From the NCBI GenBank assembly GCA_044892525.1, contig CM097885.1, positions 39,744,001 to 39,808,000 of the forward strand: DNA of 64,000 nucleotides, written 5' to 3'. The first letter of the stretch is position 1. Every line of letters begins with the position of its first letter. A program made the position numbers and the translations under genes. The DNA is from Schmidtea polychroa (taxonomy: Eukaryota). Shown piece after piece: positions 1 through 64,000 of the stretch. The notes beneath the pieces were generated by a model. The model was not told the DNA's origin, ran no database searches, and saw nothing but the letters and a program-made list of their open reading frames with translations.

Positions 1-741
1 AAATTAGTCCCAGACGAGAATTTACTCTCTATTTATTCAATTTTAATAAATAAATAATTATTTTAATAAATAACTATATAAACATTGCAATGATGATATT
101 CTAAGAAAAATTAATAAAATTTGTTCATAAAATCTATAATAATTTTTTCTATCCTACCTAAAGATGATAAGTTAACTATCGAAATATATCGTCAAACAAA
201 TGTTCGAGTGATGGTTTCTGAAAATATTTTTTTAAAATTATAATTCCATTAATATTAAATAATAAATAAATTTAAAGTAAAAAATAATAGTCAACTAAAT
301 AAAAATTCACTTATAAAAATTAGTAGTTGTCAATATATTTTCTTTGTCATAAATGAAATACTTATTATATTTTTAATATTTACTTTATTTCCTCTTTTTT
401 CATTTCTTTCTGAAACTTCACTAGTTTTACTTAAATTTTTGTCAGCTGTAATAAGTGAAGCACCACATCTAATGTACGAAGTGTCGCATAGAATTTTGTT
501 TTTTAGTATGGGACCTCAATAAAAAATAAAAATCTTTTTCATGTTTTAACGGATTTTATATATTTGTATTTAGCTATTAGAACATAATATGTTAACAATA
601 GTAAATGGATGTCGTATTTGATTTATTTGAAAATGGGATCGAAAACAAGTGAAGCTCAATTATAGTAGATTAATAATAGATATACTTATAAACAAAGCAT
701 AACGTTTTATAAGAACTTCTTTTGATTTTCAATTGACATTA

Positions 742-2107
742 CAGGGTTTTTCAATTGAAATCAGATTTTTTTCAAATGAATTCAGAATTTTTTCAAATGA
801 AATCAGAATTTTTTCAAATGAAATCAGAATTTTTTCAAATGAAATCAGAACTGTTTTAAACGAAATCAGAACTGTTTTAAATTGAATTCAGAATTTTTAT
901 GGGTAATAAAATATTATATACACTTTAAATGAAATCACGATAGAGTAAAAATTGGTAGTTAAAATTTTTAATCAGAATTCTTCTCTTCTTACCGCCTTTA
1001 ATGCAAACCTTCTCGTGTCGTTGAAAAATCCGATACAATCCTCCGTGGTTATCGAATTGTGTCCCATTTCAATAGCGTTTTTCAACTCGATTACATTTAG
1101 AACGTTAGCCGATTTGACAATTGATTTCCATTTCGAGAAACACTCTTCAATCGGATTTAATTGCGGCGAATAAGGTGGTAAAAAGCGTAACGTAAATCCA
1201 GAATTGTTGATCAAATCGCGTACGCCAACACTTTTATGTATTGTACAATTATCCATTATAATCGTACCTGTCGATATTCCTTTCGATCGTAGATTTCCTA
1301 TAAATTGGGAGACAAAATTTGTAAACTTCTCTGCATTGTATCCACCTTCTACAACTTCAAAATTCAAAATCGACATTTTGCTGATTGCTGCGCACACTGA
1401 ATAGTTTTTACTTCGTATACTTCTCACTTCTTTGCGAGCAGGCGACCCTACTTCGCTTCGTCCTTCATCAAGGAAAAAGACATGGTCCTCGTTTAATGCC
1501 AAATATTCATTGGCATACTCATACCTGCGCTCAATAGCTTCCGCAGTGTTGCGGGCAGCGGAAATTAAGGTTACTCGTTTAAAAGAGAAATTAAAGTCTT
1601 TGATTGACCTATGAATTGTGGCCAACGATACGTTAACATTCATAGACTCACTCAAACTTCTTTTCATACCTCTCAACGGAGTAGAACAATCATCGGAAAT
1701 TTTTTCTTTTAGAAAAACTAAATGCTCTTCGCTCAATTTTTTGGACTTACACCCTCTATCTTCCATTTTATCAATCCTTCCTGTCGTCTTGTAAATGCTA
1801 ATAATACTATAAACAGTTTTATAGTTCATAACGAGATCTGCAGCAATTTTTTTTTACGCTTTGGCCGGAATCAAATTTGATACATATAAGTTTTCTCGCA
1901 GCATTGCTCAATTGTGATTTTTTTGTTGGAGGTGTCTTATGGTTCATTGATTTTGAAAAATATTAATATTTTATGGATATTATATATACATATTTGAATT
2001 TGATTTCGTTTAAAACAGTTCTGATTTCATTTGAAAAAAATTCTGATTTCATTTGAAAAAATTCTGAATTCATTTGAAAAAAATCTGATTTCAATTGAAA
2101 AACCCTG
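742..2107 (-). mobile_element. Tc1/mariner-IS630 superfamily DNA transposon (DD34E) with TA target-site duplication
   Basis: Starts CAGGGTTTTTCAATTGAAATCAG at 742 and ends with its reverse complement at 2107. TA flanks both ends. TIRs contain tandem ~21-bp units (GAAATCAGAATTTTTTCAAAT). Encloses a transposase ORF. Confidence 0.93.
972..1947 (-). pseudogene. DD34E transposase, probably disrupted (frameshift in an A9 run near 1847-1855; apparent short deletion after FFLDE)
   Basis: ORF 972-1829 has FFLDE, IIMDN and LPPYSPQLNPIEE, with 34 residues between the second D and E. An upstream in-element reading MNHKTPPTKKSQLSNAARKLICIKFDSGQSVKK joins only with one A removed. Confidence 0.85.
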
Positions 2108-3674
2108 TATATTGACAACCTCTTTCAAGTGATTTCCAGTAAAAGGTTGTGCCGAAAATTCGTGAATATCCATAAAAAACATCGATATCTTTACTGATTG
2201 ATAGTCAAAATCTTTTAATAAATAAAATGTCAATTAAGAATAGCGATAAATTAAAATAATAAACTATTCAAAAAAACAATATTGCAGCAACAGGGGTGAA
2301 AAAAAGCAATTAATTAATATATAAAATAAATATATACAAATGTAAGCGCGTTAAGTTAATCTACATATTTAAATAAATAAATAAATAACTATATTTTCAA
2401 AATGTAAACCCGTTCTTGATATCGTCCAAACGTATTACAATTAGAAAACAGTATTTAAAATGGGACGCGGGTTCGGATCACTGGCCATAAATAACATTGA
2501 TTATTTAAATATTTTATTTAGTAAAACAAGTGTTTATTCTTTTACTTAGTATGGAAATATTGTCATAAAAATAAAACTGACAAATAATTATAAAAAATTT
2601 TATACATAGAACTGTTTTAATTAAAAAATACTTTTATTTGTCAATACAGGTTTTTGAGGGAAAAATTCATTTGTTCCTCAAATATTTGAGTCCCTTAAGT
2701 GTCACTGAACTGCTCTTAATGCTAGTTATGCTTCTGGATGAATTATTTAATTGCTTTTAAACACATAAATTTTGCAAGAATTAACAACATCTGACGAATT
2801 CTACCAATATTTATTCGAATAAATTTTGGAAAATGAAATTTATTTATTCTATATTTAAGTTGTCATATTTTTTTGCTGTTATAAACTTAAACTTGCTGTC
2901 TAATTTCATAATTTATAACTTTGGCATTTTCAACATTCCACCGTTATGATAAACGCGAGTACTGCTAGGACCTGTAAAAATAATATAATTAAAACTATTG
3001 ATAAGTGATAAGGGGATAGAATTACGACGTGGAGAAAAGTTCATGGATTTAATATTATATTAATATTATAATAATATTATATCATGGAATGTAATATTAT
3101 AAAAAAGTGCCCATCAGCCCGTATCAGAAGAACCATTTATATGTAATTACAGAAAATTAACACGTCAATTGTCAAGTGATTTTGAGTAATAAAGTAGAAA
3201 CAAATATTTTACTATATTTTCATCTCACTCCTGGACAAAAAAGTTTTTTATTTCATCCTAATACTGTATGACTGACAGTTACTTTTTTGTGTGAACTGTA
3301 ACCAGCCACTTTATGCGTTTGGATTGTTTTGGATAACATCATAAAACATTATTATTGCTTTCATATAATACCTTCATATAATACTATAACTATTAATTTT
3401 TATACAATAAAGTTAATTTTTCTATAAGCAGATACTAATTTGTTTTTTCATATACTGACTTGAAATTTTCAGCCCATCCTTGTCGGAGGTCAGACATTCA
3501 AAATATAATACAAAATTTTTACATATCATCAACTATGTATGAATGACGTAGGGCATACATAACTTGGTGGTATGAGAGGTATCCTTCTTTTCTAAAATTT
3601 ATTAAGGTGTTACATATTGGTCTTTCTAATTTTTTCTTCTCTTAAGAAATGCCATGTTAGATTTTGTTAATAAA

Positions 3675-3800
3675 TATATCATGATATTTCAAATGATTTA
3701 TCAATCCAATTGCTGATCTTTTACATCCGATGATTTTACCACACTATTGCATACAGCAACAGATGAATTGTGGTCTTTCCTTAAATATTTTACACTATTC
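3675..3800 (-). pseudogene. Degenerate BED-zinc-finger (hAT-type transposase) fragment
   Basis: Minus strand reads, across a frameshift, KDHNSSVAVCNS / GKIIGCKRSAIGLINHLKYH, resembling the BED finger of the hAT at 27654. Confidence 0.4.
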
Positions 3801-5222
3801 TTTTTAAGTAAGTACATATATTTTGCAAATTACTGATTACCGGCTCTTGCTTGCACATTTATATTAAAAAATATTAGACTAGCAATCTTAATTGCTTTGA
3901 TTTTTAGAAACTTTGTACGACAGTAACTTAAATATACACAGCACGTTAGTTATTATTTAGTAAATAATTTTTAAATTAGTTTTTAATTGTCTCCCCTGTT
4001 TGCAATGAATAAACACATCTATATTATTAAAATAAATCAACAAGTTTATATTACAGAAACACATACTTACCTTTGTGCTGATTTTTAATAGTGCATGGAA
4101 TAAAAGCATTTAATATAGAAGTGATAGAACAAATAAATTAAAGACACAAACACAACAAATGATAAAAATGCATGTAAACTTTCGATATGTGGAATTTTTG
4201 AATTGAATAAACACATTTTAAAAATTTTTTTAAAGAAATTTATTGAAAAAAATGCGGGCAAAATATAGGAACAAATATCCGAGAACTCTACTTTTAAATG
4301 TGGAGAAAATGAAGACAGGATTTTGTAAGATTTATTTAAAAGTTATAATAAATTTAATATTTCTGAAATTTCTGTTACGATTCAACTTTTTTGCGAAGTG
4401 GAAGAAAAGTGAAATAATTTATTAGATTTTGCAGAACTTTGCTATACAGCCATTTCTAAAATGGCTGATTTAAACTTCATAAATTTCACAAAGTTTATGG
4501 CTCGTCTAGTTGGTCTGCACACCATGGATATGTTTACTATGGATAAGTTTATTCATTTCAAACAGTGCACTGTTTAGAAAGTCAAGACCACTATAATATG
4601 TAACACAGAAAACTTTACACATCTATTCACAAGGAACTGATTTTGCTTAAAAAGGGTTAAAATATACAGATGTTTTGGTTATAATTTAATTAAAATATAA
4701 TTTAATTTTGATGTTTTACAACAATTTATTCCACAGTTGCATCCATCAAGTGAAAAATCCAAAAGAGGTTTTTTAGATATTTTATATTATTTGTTGCCAT
4801 TGACGAGCCAATCCAGGAAGACACGGACACAAAAGGCACAATTTGAGTTATTCCTTTAGACTAGTATTCGAGGAGCCAGAGAACTTTTGACCAACAATTA
4901 TATAATGATATAATAAAAAAAATAATATAATAAAAATTGAAGAAATAACACAAATGAATTATCGTTGTTATACTGTACTCAAACGTTCAATAGAACATAC
5001 GTAATTCGTTTTATTTCAGAGGACATAAGTTATGTATAAAGATTCATTTTTAAAAATTTTAATGAAAAATTTGGATTTTAATCAAATTAATTAGTCAATA
5101 TACTACATAAACTTTACATTCACATTATTGCAATAGACTTTGATCTGTCAGCATGATAAAAAATACTGTATATAAATGAATAGAAAATGATTAGTACACG
5201 GAGGAACTTTGAAACTTGTAAT

Positions 5223-10116
<4,894 letters not shown>

Positions 10117-11195
10117 AACATCAATTTACAATTATTCCAAATTATTATTTTTTATTGAAATTTTCTGTGAAAAAACTTTTAAATAAATATTGTATTTCAA
10201 TTATTATAAATTATATCAATTGAAACAAAAATGTATATTTTTTAAAGGAAAATTTACTTAGTCATCAAATATTATATAAAACGATGGATTCCTAGTAGCA
10301 GCATCAATTCATAAACATATACATTATCATTTATTACGTTGCAGTATTTGAAATTAATAAGTTTTAATATGTATTGTTCAATTATATGTGTGCATGCAAA
10401 TATTTTAAGATCTGTTTAGAATTTCCATCATAGTATCCTCATTTTTATTTTGAAGTTATTGTCATTATTTGATATATTATCAAATATGAGCTAACTGAAA
10501 ACTTTAAGTAAACTGTAATTCACCTCAAATTCATCATAATACTCAATGTAAATTACTTAGAAAACACCTGATTGATACTAAGTCTTTTCAAATGTCTTAA
10601 TGTTCCCGTTTTTGAAAATAATTATTACTATTTCATCAACTATATTTCTCAACCCATAATAAAACCTTGTTAGTAGTACCCCATTGTGTAATATTAATAA
10701 AATATATATTATTAATTGTAAGAATTGATACAAAATCATAAAACTAAATATATACTTTAAAAGGAAAGGGAGTATGATGCATTTATAAATATTAATATAT
10801 TCGGATGTTTGTGATATATTGAAATTTTATAACTACATTGTTCGGAATATAATTAATATTTAGTTAAATTTTCTACACATAGATTGGAAAATTGTTTTTG
10901 TTTTAAAAAAATATTTTTGAATTATTAATTGAATTATTATAAAATTAAATGGGAAAACACTATAAGTTAAAAGATTATTATTATTAAATAAAGTATTAAC
11001 ACTATTAAATGCAAAGTTAATACTAATAAATTAAAAAGAGTTTCAATGGATAATTCAATGGATAAAATAATCAGTGGTGAAATTGGAAGAAATAAAAGTT
11101 CTTTTAATAATTAATACTAATAGATAGAAAATATTATATATTTATATCAATTTTATTTACAACTAAGTCCAAAACATAATTATAATTATAAAATG

Positions 11196-11292
11196 TGAAG
11201 TTTTATTGACACAAGGAAATCACAACGTTTTTTTAAATTCTATTTTTATCACAAAATCTGCATATTAAAACAAATTTAATTATGCAATTACA
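11196..11292 (-). repeat. 3' LTR (97 bp)
   Basis: Near-identical to 14799-14895. The integrase stop codon falls within its first bases. Confidence 0.95.
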
Positions 11293-14143
11293 TCTCCGCG
11301 TGATTTTCATCTTCGTTCTCGATAAAACTGGTTTCAAAATCATCAAGATAACGAGGTCTTTTCGTCCTGCCTCTACGTTCATCTCGGCGAAGTGAGTTGA
11401 GTATAGGATTGTCTACGTCTGTTAATCCATCATTGTCGTTGTTCTCCACTGACGCTTCGTTGACAGCCGGTCGTATGTCGGAATAGTATCGCGGAATCCC
11501 GTTGATCTCGAAATTAGTCGATGAATTTACCTTCGTTACAATCCCTTCACCCCATGTCGATGTGCACTTCGCATTTGGTGGTTTAACGTAAACTGCATCG
11601 CTAACTTGGAATGACGTGTCATGTGTCTTCTCTTCTGTATAACAAGCGCCAACTCCTTTCCAGCAATATGAAAACACTGATGAAGACGGCGGCGTTCCGC
11701 ACTTGTCATTGGGTGCTAGGTTATACCAATATACCATTTCCAATATTCCCTTGTTGGTTCTTGCTGCCATGCGTTTAATTGTACGATGGTTCCGTTCTAT
11801 TATGCCGTTTCCTGATGGCCGATAAGCACATCGAAACACACATTTCACACCCCATTTGCGACACAGTACTTTCATTTGTGTCGAACGAAATGATGTCGCA
11901 TTATCAATCAACAGCTCATCAGGGGAACCTCGTTCTCTAAAGATCTGTTCAAGATTCCGTGTGATGGTCTCCGCGTCTTCACATCTTATTTCTCTCCACA
12001 GAGCAAAACGACCCGGTCCACAATCAATCATAGTTAAATAAAGCTTACTTAGATAGTGTGTAACATCCATAGCCAGTCTCTTCCACGTCTCCTTAACGTT
12101 TAACTCTCCATGCTCCTATTTTACAGGCGCCGGATCGATAGATTGACATTCTGAGCATTCACTAATTATAGCCTTTACATCCTCAAGTGTAACGTCCGGG
12201 CAAAGTTGCTTTGCAAAATACAACGTCTTCTTGGCACCGAAATGGTGCTGTCTATGACTTTCTCGTAACACTTGGTTCACAACAGCAACAGTGCTTGCAG
12301 TTGGTTCGACACACGATTTAACCCATGTCAGCCATTTATTACTGACTCTTGTGAGTGCATCTGCTCTGTTTTTATCTGTCGGGACTAACTCGACCGAGAT
12401 CGTTAAGTCATAGCTTTTTCGTAATTCACAAATGATCTGCAGACGTCTTCGGACTAGCATCTCAGCAATTCCATGAGTTCGGATTCTGGCAGTATCCGTT
12501 AAAACTGAATCTATCCAACTCCTGACGGTAGCGGAATCTGTTACTACAACTAAGTTGCTTCTTTCCCAGCTGATGGCTAAGTTAATTCCCTTTATCACAG
12601 CGTCTAACTCTGCAAGGTTTATATGAGCAAAATCGTTTTTCTTCCTCATCCATGATGCATCTTCGACGATTTTTCCTGATATTTCTAACGCAACTCCTAA
12701 TGCCAGATTGCTCGCATCGCACCATACAATCGTAGATCCGTCCTTGTTTACGTGCCACTCACCAGTCACGGGATCGCTCTCTTTCACACGATACATCATT
12801 TCGTTAACCATTTTTAACGCGATTTTTCCAATCGTATCATCCCACTTACTTCCAGCACTGTGTGGTTTTATATAGCTACTTCCTACTCTTAACCACCCAG
12901 CAACGGGATAGTGCCCAACAAGTTGACCACAGAGGGAAAATAACTCCCTTCTTGATATAGTTGTAAACGCACTGTATGGCAAAATATTTCCACGATGCCA
13001 CGTACGACCGTTAATACTTGTTTGAAGCTGGAGACCTAGCACTCTTGCATCATCAAACTCTTCCGGTGGCTTTGTAATTAGCCCGTATGCTGCTAAATGG
13101 CTTATTACTTCATTGACGTTGATTCTTGACTGGTTGACAATAATGTCATCAATATAACTATCCGTTGCTTTCCTGATATCTTCTCTTAAACTCAGTACCT
13201 TCCGTAATATTGTTGACATTATTTTCGGAGCCACATTTAAACCAAAACCGAGTCTCGTTAGAAAGTATCCGTTCCCTTTGTAACTAACCCTTTGGTGCTC
13301 CCATAGGTCTTCATCAACATGTATCTGAAGATAAGCATTTTTAAGATCAATTAACATTACCTGTTCACCCATCATTCGCCATCGCCTTAATGATTCGCCA
13401 CATACATCACTTTGTCCAGTATGGCTACTAACATATTTATTTAGTTCTCGAAAATCCATTACTGGACGAACTTTTCCTTTGTTTGCTTGCTCTACTGCCA
13501 ATAACGGAATTTTTCCATACACAACGTCTTTCGTTGGAATTAGCCATCCTTCTTGAATCCACCGTTCAATCTCCGTGTCAAACTTGTGCTGCAGCCTTGG
13601 ATCGATTTTATAATTTGAAATTCTATTCAATAGTACAGCTGGTTCTGCTTTCCATTTCCACTTCACCGTCCACTTGCCATCACTGAATGCTGCCGAAAAA
13701 TCACCATCTTCAATTTGCAAATTCTCATTTAACTGATTCTCAGCCACGCACGATACGTTTGCAATACCTGGAAAAGATACACCGGTCTTGTCAATTTTAA
13801 GACCTCCCAGCATCCCTATTACGTCCATTCCTAAAATCATTTCAACATTAAGTGGTAGTTTCATCAACGAAACACAATTAACACTCAATAAACTACCACC
13901 AACGATCAGCTGAACTTTCACATCACGCATACACTTGACTAGTGATCCATCCGCAGTCATGATACTCCCATTCCGTATAAATTTTTTCTTCGCAATTCTG
14001 GCTGACACAACTGATTTGGAACATCCCGAGTCGATCAATGCTTTCACGGACTCCCCATTGATTATGACTGAAATAAACTGCAGCGCCATTATATTCGTGC
14101 TAGAGTAGACGCTGGCGCACGCGCTACTCCTTTGGCATTTCCC
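11288..14143 (-). pseudogene. pol: Pol polyprotein (aspartic protease, RT, RNase H, integrase) with a premature TAG at 12116-12118
   Basis: ALIDSGCS (protease), YIDD (RT), VWCDAS/LAELDAV/TDS/ADAL (RNase H), HRQHH..CSEC (IN zinc finger), MDVTHY..LIDNA..NGIIER (IN DDE). ORFs 12116-14191 and 11288-12070 are in frame across one stop (probably TGG>TAG). Confidence 0.9.
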
Positions 14144-14780
14144 GACTCTGAATTCCTGGTACACTCCTTTGCAATTGGCCCTCTTCTGCACATAGCCAAC
14201 ACTTCTTTCCTTGTTTCTTGAAACAACGTTCTTCTAGATGGCCATTCTTTCCGCAATACGAGCATTTCTTTTTCTTGTCTTGTTTTCCAACGACAGCCGA
14301 ACACAGTTCCATATTGTCACAGTTTACTAAGACACGAGACTGTTTCAAGACCTCAACAAGAGACATCTGCTGAATATTGGCATTTGATCGTAACTGTTGT
14401 GATGACACTGCTGGCAAACCCATTATGAATGCGCTTTTAATTATGATTTCGTTATCTATCTTGGCCAGAGATGCTAAGTTTTTGAGATCATTCAAATAGA
14501 CATCTACTGGCTCATTGCACCACCTTCGTTCACGGAATCGGTCATAAGCTTGGAACATATCGATCGAATAGACATCGATTAAGGCATGTTCGATCTTCAA
14601 TGCGTTGCCTTTGTCTTCTGTGCTCAAATGCTGATACACTGCAAAAGCTGGTCCATCTAGATATAAAGGAATTATTGATTCCAACTTCACGATTCTTTGA
14701 ATTTTTGCCACTAGCTTGACTTTCTGAATCCACTGTTGAACGTCACCTTCTCCATTGAGAATAGGTATCATCTTGTCCAT
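14089..14780 (-). pseudogene. gag: Gag with two CCHC zinc knuckles; 1-nt deletion in the second knuckle
   Basis: CSYCGKNGHLEERC, then CWLCAEEG / IAKEC continuing in another frame to ...SGNAKGVARAPASTLARI*. Confidence 0.88.
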
Positions 14781-14798
14781 GATATAGCCGCGATAGCT

Positions 14799-14895
14799 TG
14801 AAGTTTTATTGACACAAGGAAATCACAACGTTTTTTAAAATTCTATTTTTATCACAAAATCTGCATATTAAAACAAATTTAATTATGCAATTACA
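14799..14895 (-). repeat. 5' LTR (97 bp)
   Basis: Copy of 11196-11292; gag ATG follows only 18 nt after it. Confidence 0.95.
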
Positions 14896-14972
14896 AAATG
14901 TTAGGAATGAAAAATAGAAATTTCATTCTACCGAGTATTTTTGTTTTAATTTATCAGTAATTATTAAAATCA

Positions 14973-14999
14973 CCAATTATCTAAATCCACTTTATAAAA
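14973..14999 (+). promoter_or_regulatory. ERSE-I-like element (CCAAT-N9-CCACT) followed by TATAAAA, upstream of the GRP94 start codon
   Basis: CCAAT tatctaaat CCACT at 14973-14991 versus the ERSE consensus CCAAT-N9-CCACG. TATAAAA at 14993-14999; ATG at 15024. Confidence 0.55.
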
Positions 15000-15023
15000 T
15001 ACGTTATCGCGCAATACGGAAAC

Positions 15024-64000
<48,977 letters not shown>

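Larger units (their letters stand above)
11196..14895 (-). mobile_element. Compact Ty3/gypsy-type LTR retrotransposon, 3.7 kb, 97-bp LTRs, 5-bp TSD AAATG
   Basis: Direct repeats 11196-11292 and 14799-14895 (TG...CA, one mismatch). AAATG at 11191-11195 and 14896-14900. Domain order is gag, PR, RT, RNase H, IN. Confidence 0.96.

Noticed and set aside
5150..5165. Amino-acid-response-element-like GCATGATAAA upstream of ASNS
   Set aside because: Does not match the TGATGxAAx consensus and is expected by chance in AT-rich DNA.

Overview
AT-rich eukaryotic (metazoan-like, invertebrate-type) genomic DNA with spliceosomal introns. There are two host genes on the + strand. One is a complete 7-exon asparagine synthetase (5223-10116). 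The other is an endoplasmin/GRP94 (HSP90B1) gene from 15024 to beyond the window end, with introns inflated by transposons (intron 1 ~10.7 kb, intron 2 ~20.3 kb). Mobile elements include a Tc1/IS630-type DD34E transposon, a very compact 3.7-kb Ty3/gypsy LTR element just upstream of the GRP94 promoter, several hAT elements with 8-bp TSDs, nested piggyBac remnants, a pogo-like end, and Penelope-like remnants with minimal hammerhead motifs. The main feature is an 11-kb internally deleted Polinton/Maverick (31667-42688; AGT-type termini, 6-bp TSD GTTATA) in GRP94 intron 2. It has ~2.7-2.9-kb terminal inverted arms, a second internal 526-bp inverted repeat and a major-capsid fragment. It also carries a cluster of GC-rich structured non-coding segments, including a Pol III A-box/B-box/T-run hairpin unit: candidate Polinton-encoded small RNAs analogous to adenovirus VA RNAs. 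All family calls come from motif recognition by eye; no database search was run.
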